Shown here piece by piece: positions 40,301-48,984 of a stretch of 64,000 nucleotides of DNA. Location: the NCBI GenBank assembly GCA_044222185.1, contig JBGANV010000014.1, positions 9,361 through 73,360 of the forward strand, given 5' to 3'. The position numbers and the translations under genes were made by a program. Under the pieces are notes generated by a model. The model saw only the letters and a list, made by a program, of their open reading frames with translations, was not told where the DNA came from and did not search any database. This DNA is from Planctomycetota bacterium. Lineage in GTDB: Bacteria; Planctomycetota; GCA-002687715; CAIWVZ01. Every line of letters starts with the position of its first letter. The stretch's first letter is position 1.

Positions 40301-40376
40301 GGTCCAATGGCTCGCCCGAGAACAGCTTTTCGAGTGCGGCGTCGAACGCCGCGGATGCGGATGGATCCGAGGACAC
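37356..40376 (-). CDS. Ser/Thr protein kinase with TM helix, helical region, PEGA-like segment and C-terminal FGE-sulfatase (SUMF1) domain
   Basis: GEGGMGVV, VAVK, HRDIKPSN, DFGLAR and GTPHYASPEQ; WEKAARG.DGRLYPFG and SPFGAFDMAGSLSEW. Confidence 0.92.
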   Translation of the reverse strand: MSSDPSASAAFDAALEKLFSGEPLDLEGFLAAHPELTEEERHQLRVLAGSPDEAPRVASATSQVNGGDRLGEFHLIEPLGEGGMGVVWLAAQPSLKRRVAVKVLHATLATTREARERLLREAEALGRVQHPNVVTAISAGEANGTVFVAMEYVPGRGLDELLRDGIGSRPNPMDAVRIALDIARGLAAAHAAGVIHRDIKPSNIRITPQGRAVLTDFGLARGDLGETLTLTGVFRGTPHYASPEQVEARGALDARTDIWSLGATLYEMLAGRPPFPGGTSEQVLNAILTTDPVPLRQLVPSLPRDVEVVVAKSLERDPEARFASAAELVADLEALIDLRPIRARPPALRVRMTRAIRRRPRTAAVAAALSLTLATYLVVEAWRVIADGRRFEAEIASAVAALDREDPETAAACAGRALALRGTDPRVLALRERTTRALALRDAAELVADALSRLDRFRKLQRHTIEVEAELSKLKTIATLSHLDPKEEQRLQRLDAEIPRLIQEIDELTFGIPETITEALKRAPDVPGAADVVCGLHAERLHEAERLGDTRAADAIREALRRADRDGRFTAELLGGVLEIRAQPSDAEIHLLRYREASSVSADAPRRLVPVPLEGRWSDLEPGAPCLQVIRTTSADLLPGDVLVAVEGVTLTSTAELPALAGKRARLLRDGILVDRVLDGESELRVTVAPVLTSPQTRVGSGSGFHRELEVGSYLAVVRHDGFELQRLPVRVERGSTVKLDVTLRPPGFSPKGFVHVPAGPARVGGTPTEVRFFDACESRVATLPEFWIQDHEINWAEYAEFLNAIGPQSARAFAPRSALPGDAPDAELTPPGPGKPWQVADTEAVLPARGLTFAALEAYAAWRTDVDSKAGRPWRYRIPREIEWEKAARGADGRLYPFGSFLSQSWVSSRYALARSTYSRSMSFPVDESPFGAFDMAGSLSEWVIPDVVNHDLGTAALKGGAAVNNNPENFYTVTRLRMSPRSAMWRFGGRLVAERTDAAPDSRR

Positions 40377-40382
40377 GCCCGA

Positions 40383-40388
40383 ATCCTA
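40383..40388 (-). promoter_or_regulatory. Putative -10 box (TAGGAT) of a leaderless kinase transcript
   Basis: Hexamer 6 nt upstream of the GTG start at 40376, with no SD. Confidence 0.45.
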
Positions 40389-40582
40389 CCCCGCACCCTG
40401 GCCGCCCGGAGGCAGGGCGTTCCGCGATCGTTCTCGGGGGCGGCACGACCTCTTGGTGCACGTGCCCTGGCGCCGGTCGTCCGCCATCCCTGCGGGCGCC
40501 AGCGCGCACGCCTCGCGCCCAGGGGGGACGTGTGCGGCTTCATGCGCCGTGCGAGGTCACCCCGCGCCGCGTACGCCGAGTC

Positions 40583-41161
40583 TCATCTCTTGCGGGTGTA
40601 GGTCTCAGTCACCGTGATGCCGTCCTGCGAATCGGGGCGCGTCATCACGACGGTGAAGTGATCGTCGTCGACCATGGTCACGACCGCATCGGTCGTCGTC
40701 GTCCTGTCCGGGAACGACTGCTCCGTCCCTCGATAATGAACGCTCTTGCCGTCATCCGACGCCGTCCCGGTGAGCGTCGTCATCGCCGGCGACTTGCTGA
40801 ACGCCCACGTGGCTTCGAATCGCTTCGCGGCTGCGTTGTAACTGTGCATCTGGAGACCCGACGCCGGCTGGCCGGAGACGTCGACGTTGAACCGCGCCAG
40901 CACGATCTTTCCCTCGAGTTCGGAGGTGAAGACCGCGTCGCCCTTCGCCTCGAACTGGAGTGCGCCGCGATGCTCGTAGCGGACCGCGTAGGCCCAGTTC
41001 CCGACGCGCTTCGCGAGGAACGCGCTGCCGTCCGAATCGCTCGGCGCGGCGGCCGCCGAGGTCGTCGCGGTTTCGGACGGCGATCGACCGTGGTGGTCCG
41101 CGATGTAGCCCGCGATGGCGATGACGGCGCAGCAGGTGACGGTGAGAGGAACGCTCGACAT
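40583..41161 (-). CDS. DUF1579-like exported beta-barrel protein
   Basis: N-terminal hydrophobic segment; FL...VG.W, YN...K.FE.TW, DDDHF and ETYTRK patterns. Confidence 0.65.
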   Translation of the reverse strand: MSSVPLTVTCCAVIAIAGYIADHHGRSPSETATTSAAAAPSDSDGSAFLAKRVGNWAYAVRYEHRGALQFEAKGDAVFTSELEGKIVLARFNVDVSGQPASGLQMHSYNAAAKRFEATWAFSKSPAMTTLTGTASDDGKSVHYRGTEQSFPDRTTTTDAVVTMVDDDHFTVVMTRPDSQDGITVTETYTRKR

Positions 41162-41234
41162 GGGGGAGCCCTCCGATGCGGGTAGCGTGGCGGAATCGAC
41201 TTGCGAGAGGGTATCGCAGCAGGGGATCGCAACC

Positions 41235-42782
41235 ATGCACAGCAGAAGGTTCGCCGGCTCCATGGCTTTCTTCGGAATCCTGGCGCTCACGTGCGCGTCG
41301 AGTCTGCGCGTTCCCGGCCAGCAGATCGGCGGAGCCGCATACGAGCGCGCCGAACTGTCTCGCCGACTCCTCCGCGCCGAGGAGGCCTGGGCGCGTTTTC
41401 CGAAGCGCCACGCGATGGCGATTCCGGCGCTGAACGCGGCCGTCGGGGCCTACTTCGGGCGCGGCGGTGTGGAGGCGGCGCGCCAGCTCGACGCGGCCTC
41501 CGGAGTGCTCTGGGACGATGGCGACGATCCGGGCGCGGTCTGGTCACGCTCGCGGTCCGTACTTCCAGTTCCATCGCTCGTGGACCGAGCGCGTTTCACC
41601 CGTTCGGAAGCGCGGATCCGGATCGCGCCGCTGTATGACCCGCGCCTCGGGGATGCGCACGGCAAGCTCCTGATGACCGTGAGCGCGGGGAGTCGTTCCA
41701 CGTGCCTGGCGGAACCCCTCGCCTACGACACCCGCGAGATCGACGTCCTGTTGGTCAGCGGCGATGCCAAACCCGTGAATCGATCCGCGAAGCGTCAGGA
41801 GTTCGTGCTGCCGATCGATCTGCCCGCGGGCGACGTCGATCTCACGGTGACGCTCGCCGTGCCTCCGCCATCGTCGCCGACCCCCGCGGATCCTGACGGC
41901 ATGCACGGTCGTTTCGCGACGCTGAACGTGGGCGTCGTCGACCGTCTCGAGGAACGGCTGACCTCTCTCGAGTCCGCAGCCGACGACGCGACCGATCCGG
42001 ACGTGGGAGCGACGCTCGCGTTGCGCGTGCAGATCCTCCGCGACCTCGCATCGGGCAAGCCCGGCGAGACGCTCCTGCAATCGGCCTCGCTGCTCGAACG
42101 GACGGAGGTGCTGGCGAAGCGCGCGTCCGCCAGCGATGCCATGCGCGGTCTCGTCGGCGATCAGCTCGTCGCGGGCCCGCGCGGTCGGCGGACCCGTGAC
42201 GTGACCCGTGTCCTCGTGCCCGACGGACGACCCGCCGACACACCGCTGCCGCTCGTCATCGCCGTTCACGGAACAGGCGGGAGCGAGAACATGTTCTTCG
42301 AGGCCTACGACCGCGGTCACGTCGCGCGGTCGTCCCGCGAGCGCGGGTGGATGCTCGCCGCGCCGCGGGGGCCGGTCTCGATGTCGACGCGGCACATCGA
42401 CGAGGCCCTCCGGCTCGCGGCCCGATTGCATGCCGTGGATCGAAGGCGCGTCTTCCTGATCGGTCATTCACTCGGCGCCGGGCAGGTGGCTGCGGCGGCG
42501 GCACTCGCGCCGCAGCGGTTCGCCGCAGTTGCCCTGGTCAGCGGTGGACTCCTGACCGGTGTTTCTCCGGGGCCGAAGGACCTGCCCACGTTCGTGGGAA
42601 TCGGCGCGGATGACCCGCTGTTTGGTGCTCGCCGTACCGCCGCGTCACGTCCCGAGTCATACCCCGGCTCGCAGCCGGCTCTTCGCGTCGACCGCGTCTA
42701 TCCGAACGTCGAGCACGTGATGATCATGCACGAGTGTCTCGACGACGTGATGGAGTTCTTCGATCGCGTCGCGAAGCTGTAG
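41235..42782 (+). CDS. Secreted alpha/beta hydrolase (esterase/peptidase)
   Basis: PLVIAVHGTGGSE oxyanion region, nucleophile GHSLG, G.DD and C-terminal VEH; signal peptide. Confidence 0.82.
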   Translation: MHSRRFAGSMAFFGILALTCASSLRVPGQQIGGAAYERAELSRRLLRAEEAWARFPKRHAMAIPALNAAVGAYFGRGGVEAARQLDAASGVLWDDGDDPGAVWSRSRSVLPVPSLVDRARFTRSEARIRIAPLYDPRLGDAHGKLLMTVSAGSRSTCLAEPLAYDTREIDVLLVSGDAKPVNRSAKRQEFVLPIDLPAGDVDLTVTLAVPPPSSPTPADPDGMHGRFATLNVGVVDRLEERLTSLESAADDATDPDVGATLALRVQILRDLASGKPGETLLQSASLLERTEVLAKRASASDAMRGLVGDQLVAGPRGRRTRDVTRVLVPDGRPADTPLPLVIAVHGTGGSENMFFEAYDRGHVARSSRERGWMLAAPRGPVSMSTRHIDEALRLAARLHAVDRRRVFLIGHSLGAGQVAAAAALAPQRFAAVALVSGGLLTGVSPGPKDLPTFVGIGADDPLFGARRTAASRPESYPGSQPALRVDRVYPNVEHVMIMHECLDDVMEFFDRVAKL

Positions 42783-42790
42783 CCTGCGCG

Positions 42791-45163
42791 CTACTTCTTC
42801 GTGTCGCTGGGGAGCAGGCGGACCGGGCTGAGATCGAGATAGGCCTTCCCCGAGACGTTCGTGCAGTGGACCGCCACCACGTTCTTCCCGGGCCGGAGCG
42901 CGGCCTTCGCGTCGTCGCTGATGGGAAGGTCGAAGTACCCGTTCATGGAATACCCGGGCGAGCGGGCGGCGAGCACGCCGTTGATGTACACCTCCGCGTC
43001 GTCGTCGTGAGCGAGGACGAGGCGGATCTCTCCCGGATCGCCCTTGGGCAACGTGAAGTCGCGCCGGATCCAGATCTCGGGCGTCTTCCACTCGGTGCGA
43101 ACGGGGCAGTAGGGGGACGATTGGTTGCCGAACCCCGCGGCACCGGTCTTCCAGGCGCCGTCCTCGAAGCCGGTGGCGAACCAGTCGGCCGGCGGTTCGT
43201 CGAGCGCGTATTTCCACACGACCGGCGACTGGCGCGCCGGAGGAAGCAGGATTTCGCGCGGTGCGGTGGCCGTCGCCGACGCTGCATCCGGCGGTGGCGA
43301 GTCCTCGAGGAACGCCTCGATGGACTTGAACCCCGCCAGATTCCCTTCGCCGGTCCCCGGGTAGACGCTGACGATCTTCACCTGGATCGACGTCACGCTG
43401 CGCACCGGGAACGCGATGCGTTGTTTGCGCCGCGTCGTGTCGTCGAGGACGAGCGGCAGCGGCGCATCGTCGTTGATGCGAACCTCGATGTTCTTGGGCC
43501 GTGCCCAGTGCTTGTCGTTGTCGCCATAGAGGTGCGCCGAAGTCAGCTTGATGCAGTTCATCCGCACGCCTGGGCGCATGGCGAGTTGGATCCACGGCGC
43601 CGGATCCTCCCGCTTGGGCAGCCAGCTCGTCCCGAAGTGGCCGTCGGTGACGCGCTCGGCCGCGCGCTCTGGGTCGTAGGTGCTCGACGCGGTGACGGAT
43701 GCGCGGGCGGCGGTGAGGAGGTTCTTGCCTGCATCGCGGATCGCTTCGCGATGCCAAGGTTCCTCGGCGTCGTTGACGACGAGCGTGACGACGTTCGAAT
43801 CGACGGTGTCGGTGACGACGCCGTCCGGGGGACCGATCTGCAATCGGGCGCGGAGCTTCAGCGTGCCGTTGCGCGTGATCACGTGGCGGAGGCTCGACGC
43901 CGGGCTGACGAGCTCCGAGTCCGCCGGCAGCGGGATGTCCGCGACGACGTCGTCGTCGAGCAGCCACGCGATGGACTTGGCCTTCTTTCCCGCCGCGAGC
44001 GCCGATTTCACGGGATCTCCGAGAACGCGGATCCACGCCGTCAGCGGATTCGCACGATCGGTGCCGATCGTGAAGGCCGCGTTCGCCGCGGCGTCCTCCG
44101 TGGCGGCGGGGCGCGACGCCGGCGCGGCCTTGCCTCCGCTCACGCGCGACGCCCGGCGGAGGAACAGCAGCGCGAAGCACGTGTCGTCGTCGCCCCAGCC
44201 CCACGAGCCGTCGGCCTTCTGCGCGGCGACGATCGCCGTCGCACCCTCCGGATACCACCAGTGCGCCCCGATCTGCTCGCGCTCGGTGAACGCGCAGAAC
44301 CGCTCGAGCGCATAGAGGTAGTAGTAGAGCCAGCGGTTGTTGACGTCGCCCTGGACGTGCAGATCGACCATCTTGTCCACGGCCCAGTGCTGATCGAGCC
44401 AAGTCACGCCGCGGTTCACGGACGCTTCGATCTTGTGCTTCAGATCCAGCGGAAGTCGCTCGCCGAGGGATTCGGCGCAGACCGTAAGCACGGTCATGCC
44501 CGCGACCGTCATGCTCGCGGAGGGCCTGTCTCCCTTGCGATACCCCCAGCCGCCGTAGCTCTGCTGCTGGTCGATCATGTCCTCCGCGACAGAGGTCCAG
44601 AACACGGCGGAGCCGGTCTTGTATCCCGAGAGCCTTGCGGCGCGCAGGCCGAGGACCGCGTACTGCGTGTTCGAGAGGTCGGTCCAGGCGGCGTCGGTGC
44701 CGTCGTGGCTGCGTGGATACCCCCATCGCGGACCCACCTTCTCGATCCCGTTGCCGACCTGTTTGACGATGCGATCGGCGAGGAGCTTCACGTCCTTCTG
44801 AGGACGCGCGTCGCCGACGGCCATCCACGCCATGAGGTTGCAGCCGAGATCGTAGGTGCGCGTCGCGGGCCACGACTTCATGGATGCCAGCGCGGCGCGC
44901 GCGGCCGGGTGCGTCGGCGGCACGTCACACTTGAGCAGGGTGTACAGCGCGAGCGCCGTCATGCCGTGGTACTGCTCGGGCTGGGGGCCGCGCCACGACC
45001 CGTCGACCTCCTGGGCTTTCATCAACCAGGCCACACCTTTTTCGATGGCCTTGTCGACGGCGGCCCCGCTGGGGCCGGCGGGTCGCACCTGGCCGCGAGC
45101 GCAGAAGGTCGCGAGGCAGGCCGCGATGGACAGCGCGAAGAGACGAGCGAGATGAGGGGGCAT
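42791..45163 (-). CDS. Secreted prenyltransferase/squalene-cyclase-like alpha/alpha-barrel protein with discoidin (F5/8C) and galactose-binding jelly-roll domains
   Basis: Q..DGSW repeats, DLSNTQYAVLGL, YYYLYALER and DTCFALLFL; TASS...DG...TSW discoidin pattern; HDDDAEVYING...GKNVVAVH. Confidence 0.78.
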   Translation of the reverse strand: MPPHLARLFALSIAACLATFCARGQVRPAGPSGAAVDKAIEKGVAWLMKAQEVDGSWRGPQPEQYHGMTALALYTLLKCDVPPTHPAARAALASMKSWPATRTYDLGCNLMAWMAVGDARPQKDVKLLADRIVKQVGNGIEKVGPRWGYPRSHDGTDAAWTDLSNTQYAVLGLRAARLSGYKTGSAVFWTSVAEDMIDQQQSYGGWGYRKGDRPSASMTVAGMTVLTVCAESLGERLPLDLKHKIEASVNRGVTWLDQHWAVDKMVDLHVQGDVNNRWLYYYLYALERFCAFTEREQIGAHWWYPEGATAIVAAQKADGSWGWGDDDTCFALLFLRRASRVSGGKAAPASRPAATEDAAANAAFTIGTDRANPLTAWIRVLGDPVKSALAAGKKAKSIAWLLDDDVVADIPLPADSELVSPASSLRHVITRNGTLKLRARLQIGPPDGVVTDTVDSNVVTLVVNDAEEPWHREAIRDAGKNLLTAARASVTASSTYDPERAAERVTDGHFGTSWLPKREDPAPWIQLAMRPGVRMNCIKLTSAHLYGDNDKHWARPKNIEVRINDDAPLPLVLDDTTRRKQRIAFPVRSVTSIQVKIVSVYPGTGEGNLAGFKSIEAFLEDSPPPDAASATATAPREILLPPARQSPVVWKYALDEPPADWFATGFEDGAWKTGAAGFGNQSSPYCPVRTEWKTPEIWIRRDFTLPKGDPGEIRLVLAHDDDAEVYINGVLAARSPGYSMNGYFDLPISDDAKAALRPGKNVVAVHCTNVSGKAYLDLSPVRLLPSDTKK

Positions 45164-45170
45164 GCGCCAC

Positions 45171-45176
45171 AGAATA
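45171..45176 (-). promoter_or_regulatory. Putative -10 box (TATTCT) of a leaderless transcript
   Basis: Hexamer 7 nt upstream of ATG 45163, with no SD. Confidence 0.45.
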
Positions 45177-45279
45177 GGGGGAGGAGTCACGGCTGGAGGG
45201 CAGACATGCTAACCCGGCCGCGTATGATGCGCGCCGTCTCGGACGCCGCGGGGGCCTATCTCTCGCCGCACGCGCAACG

Positions 45280-45780
45280 ATGAGCGACCACTCCAATCGA
45301 CTGTTGTTTCCCTACCGTCCCAGATCCCGGGAGATGTGGATCTATGCCGGGTTGAGTGCGGCCATGAGCGCATCGGCCTGGACCGTGGGCGGTCTGCATC
45401 CCAGCGGTGCATTCGCAGGACTTTTCGGTGGCGATCGGGACGCCGTATCCGTGATCGCGGCGATCCTCCTGGCCGGGATCGCGCTCCTGTTCGTCGCGCT
45501 CGGACTCGGCCGCTTCTGGATCCGCGCCGTGCTGGCCGTGACTGCCGACACGTTGTTCGTTCCCGCCGGCTTTGCATGGCGCGATCACACAGCGCTTCGC
45601 CTCAACGCCATCGACACCGTCAAGGTCGTTCACTTCCTCGGAACCAGGCACGCCTACATCGGCTCGGGTTGCGTGAAGGCTCGCTTCGACGGCGACTGCC
45701 TGCCCGACAACGCAAGCTTCGATCGCGTGGTCGACCTCATTCTCGCTCGCGCCCCGCAGGCCGTGTCGACGTTTCCGTGA
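45280..45780 (+). CDS. Hypothetical membrane protein (2 TM plus PH-like domain)
   Basis: Two hydrophobic helices then a small beta-rich domain; the 3' end overlaps the convergent ECF gene. Confidence 0.55.
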   Translation: MSDHSNRLLFPYRPRSREMWIYAGLSAAMSASAWTVGGLHPSGAFAGLFGGDRDAVSVIAAILLAGIALLFVALGLGRFWIRAVLAVTADTLFVPAGFAWRDHTALRLNAIDTVKVVHFLGTRHAYIGSGCVKARFDGDCLPDNASFDRVVDLILARAPQAVSTFP

Positions 45781-48778
45781 GGCTGCGGACACGGAACGGC
45801 CTCTTCTCCTCGGGGCCGATCGTGATGCGCACCTCCTGGCCGGCATGGCTTTCCGAGATCGTGGCCAGCGTGTCACCGCGCCTCGGCCCGACGGTCGCGA
45901 TGAACCGGTAACGGCCGGGCACGAGCCGCATGGTGAGTTCCGACTGGTTTGAGTCGCGAGGTGTCCCCGCACCAGTCCAAGCGGTCACGAGTCGGCCCCC
46001 GTCTTCGTCTTCGACGGAGAAGCCCGCTTGGGCGCCCTGATCGGCGGCAGAGTGCTCGCTTCGCAAGGTGACTCGGACGCCCGCTCTGACGACGAGTGTG
46101 GCGCGCGTGGTTTCGCCCGGCAGGACATCGACGGGAAATCGTTGCGGCGCGACGTCCGCTCCCGAAACCGCGACGATGTATCGCCCGGGCGCAAGCCGAT
46201 CGGCGCAGAGTCCGTCTGGTTCGCGGCGGAACGTCAGGTCCGACCAGCCCTGCTTGCCGGGGCGACGGACGACGGCCGTCAGGTTCTTGAGCGAGGCACC
46301 ATCCTCCGAGCAGAACCGCGCCTCGATCGCGCCCCCGGGTGACAGCCTCACCGCGGCCAGGTCCCAGGTCTCACCCGCGAGCAACATTCGTTCTCCGATG
46401 GGTTCGACCTGACCCTCGGGAGCGGAGATCTGGACCGTGTATTTCGAGGGCATCAGCGGGCCGAGGCGGAACGCTCCGGTCTGATCCACCGCGACCTCGC
46501 TGCCGAAATTCGCCTCATCCAGGGTGGCCCGGGCCTGGACCGTCGCGGCGCCGGCCGCGGTGCCGTCGATGCCGATCACCCGACCCACGATGAACGCGGA
46601 GGGAAGCCGGCTGGGAGGGATCCTCGCGACGACCTCATCGCCGCCGGGAGTGACGTCCGCTACCCGACCGATCTCGACGTTTTGCGCGGACGGTCCACGG
46701 ACCACCACCGTCACGGCGGCCGTCGACGGAAGGAGCAACGCGGTCTGTCCATTGCGGTCGGTGAAGCCACCGACGGGCGCACTGCGACGGCCCGTGACGC
46801 TGACCTCGCTCCGGGGGCGCAGCACCTCGGTCCAGCAGTTGGCGACCGGCGCGTTGCTCTCGTCGACGACACGCAGGCGCAGGACCCTGTCCGGTTCGAA
46901 GACGGGGTTCCATCGGATCACGGCCCCGGTGGGCTCGGGCAATTCGGCCGTGAGAGTCCCGAAGCCCGGGCTCCAGAACGCTGCCCAACGGACGTTTCGC
47001 GACAGCCCGGAAATTGCGAACGCTCCGTCCGCGGCTACGACCATCGTTGCGGCCGACGTGAACTCCGTTTCACCGACTCGGAGCAGTCCCGACACGGGTT
47101 CGCCGGTACTGCGACGCGCGGTGCCTTCGAGGCGGATTCCCCGCGGCAGCCGGGCGTGTACGGTCTGGCGCTCGCCCTCTTCGATCTGCACTCCACATTC
47201 GAACGCGTCGAGCCCGAGCGAAGAGACGTGCACGTCCCATCGATCCGCCGGAAGGGACTCGATGAGGGCGATGCCATCACCGTCTGCTTCGGCGTGGCGC
47301 GCGTAACGGGTCCGGGTCCGTGCTCCGCTGGCCTCGGGAAGGTCACCGGAACCCGACACGACACGAATCCGCGCGTAGGGGATTGGTCGACCGTCCGGAT
47401 CGGTGACCACCACACTGAGGCTGCCGGCTCCGGCCGCAAGCACGAGGCGGACGGCGCGGCGCGCGTTGCCGAACGCCCAGTGCGCGTTGACGGCCTTGAC
47501 GAGGTGCCAGCCGCTCAACTCGGCGCCCACGAGCACGTCGTCGCCGTCGACCTCGATGGCGAAGCGTCCGGCAGCATCCGATTGAACGCCGGACAGCGAA
47601 CGGCCGTCGTTTGCCTGGGCGTTACTCGTCAGCCACACCGCGGCGCCCGAGACTGGCGTTCCGTCGTTGGCGACCACGAGCCCGTCGATGACGAAGCGCG
47701 GCGTAATCGAAATCCCGATGTCGACCGTGCGGTCGGCGACGACGGTCGCCGTGGAGGTGTCTTTGCTCCGATCCGTCGTCAGTCGATAGCCGTCAGGTGC
47801 GAGGTTGTCGAACGTCGCCGAGCCGTCGACGCCGCTCACGCTTCGGCGGAGCAAACTGCCGTCGATGCCCGCGCCGACGCTCACGACGACGCCGGCGAGC
47901 GGCGCGCGAGTGTCCTTCCGATGCACGTGAACCGTGAGCCGGCCAGTGGTCCGTGGGTCGTGGAATGGCACGACCACGATCCCGGCTTCATCCCTCGGGC
48001 GGGACTCCGCGCCCAGGATGCCGCCGCGAGCCTGTGGGAAGCGGGGCGCCGTGGACACGGTCTCGCGCACATCGACCGGCGCTGAAGGGCCGCGCGGAAC
48101 ATCCGCATTCTCGTGTCGTGCCAGGTATGCCACGCCGGCAAGCAGGCACAGGGCCGCCACTCCAATCGCAACCTGCGATTTCGTCATGATCGCGACTCCG
48201 CTTGCGACGGCGACCGTCGTTCCCGCACCGGCTTTCGCGGCGAACCCCGATCCGCAGAGTGGAAGCAGCGCGAACTTCCAATCTCCCGCGTGGCCTTCGC
48301 CCAGCCGTTCGCGCAACTGCTCGATTGCGCGCCGAAGCCGCGTGCGCACGGTCTCGACGGGCACACCGAGCCGCGCGGCGATGTGGCGGGGCGGGAGTCC
48401 CTCGAAGTAACGCAAGAGAACGACGGCGCGGGAATCCGAACCCAGTGCGAGCACGGTGTCGACCAGGGCTCGTCGCGCGTGCTCGCGTTCGAGGATCTCG
48501 CCGGTGCCGTCGCAGCGACTCGGCGACGGGGCGCGCCGCTCATGCCGCTCCCTCCGCGCGCGGGAAGTCGCCGTGTTCGACGCGAGCCGGCGCACGATCG
48601 TCGCGAGCCACGCCTTGACGGACACCACGTGATGGACCGGGCGACGTGCGACGGCCAGCCAGACGTTCTGCGCGAGGTCATCCGCGTCGCCCTCGTCGTC
48701 GACGAGTCGACGCGCCAAGGCCCGGACGAAGCCGTCGTGTTCGGTCAACTCCCGGTGATCCAGGCGCATCGGATTCAT
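45737..48778 (-). CDS. ECF sigma-70 factor with C-terminal TM helix and extracytoplasmic carboxypeptidase-regulatory-like repeats
   Basis: Region 2 (VRALARRLV.DEGDADDLAQNVWL...WLATIVR) and region 4 (RYFEGLPPRHIAARLGVPVETVRTRLRRA), TM AIGVAALCLLAGVAYLA, then ~800 aa of beta-sandwich repeats. Confidence 0.9.
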   Translation of the reverse strand: MNPMRLDHRELTEHDGFVRALARRLVDDEGDADDLAQNVWLAVARRPVHHVVSVKAWLATIVRRLASNTATSRARRERHERRAPSPSRCDGTGEILEREHARRALVDTVLALGSDSRAVVLLRYFEGLPPRHIAARLGVPVETVRTRLRRAIEQLRERLGEGHAGDWKFALLPLCGSGFAAKAGAGTTVAVASGVAIMTKSQVAIGVAALCLLAGVAYLARHENADVPRGPSAPVDVRETVSTAPRFPQARGGILGAESRPRDEAGIVVVPFHDPRTTGRLTVHVHRKDTRAPLAGVVVSVGAGIDGSLLRRSVSGVDGSATFDNLAPDGYRLTTDRSKDTSTATVVADRTVDIGISITPRFVIDGLVVANDGTPVSGAAVWLTSNAQANDGRSLSGVQSDAAGRFAIEVDGDDVLVGAELSGWHLVKAVNAHWAFGNARRAVRLVLAAGAGSLSVVVTDPDGRPIPYARIRVVSGSGDLPEASGARTRTRYARHAEADGDGIALIESLPADRWDVHVSSLGLDAFECGVQIEEGERQTVHARLPRGIRLEGTARRSTGEPVSGLLRVGETEFTSAATMVVAADGAFAISGLSRNVRWAAFWSPGFGTLTAELPEPTGAVIRWNPVFEPDRVLRLRVVDESNAPVANCWTEVLRPRSEVSVTGRRSAPVGGFTDRNGQTALLLPSTAAVTVVVRGPSAQNVEIGRVADVTPGGDEVVARIPPSRLPSAFIVGRVIGIDGTAAGAATVQARATLDEANFGSEVAVDQTGAFRLGPLMPSKYTVQISAPEGQVEPIGERMLLAGETWDLAAVRLSPGGAIEARFCSEDGASLKNLTAVVRRPGKQGWSDLTFRREPDGLCADRLAPGRYIVAVSGADVAPQRFPVDVLPGETTRATLVVRAGVRVTLRSEHSAADQGAQAGFSVEDEDGGRLVTAWTGAGTPRDSNQSELTMRLVPGRYRFIATVGPRRGDTLATISESHAGQEVRITIGPEEKRPFRVRSLTETSTRPAGRERE

Positions 48779-48796
48779 TGGTTTGCTCCGCCCATG

Positions 48797-48824
48797 AGAC
48801 ATCGCTCCGAGCGGAATCGGTTCC
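48797..48824 (-). promoter_or_regulatory. Candidate ECF-type (autoregulatory) promoter GGAACC-N18-GTCT
   Basis: Minus strand reads GGAACC gattccgctcggagcgat GTCT just upstream of the ECF start; the spacer is slightly long. Confidence 0.3.
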
Positions 48825-48984
48825 CATCTTCGCCGAACCGGGACGAACCGAGCGAAAGTTGTCCAAGTTCCGGGCCGGACGGTCATCAGTCATCGGCGAC
48901 GTGCGCGTCGAGTCCCCCGTGCAGTCTGCGATGCGCGCCAGTCCGAGTCCGCCGAATTGTCGGCTGGCTCGCCGAGGTCCGATC

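Noticed and set aside
42791-45163. Squalene-hopene cyclase
   Set aside because: No DXDD motif; a single barrel with a signal peptide and carbohydrate-binding-type domains.
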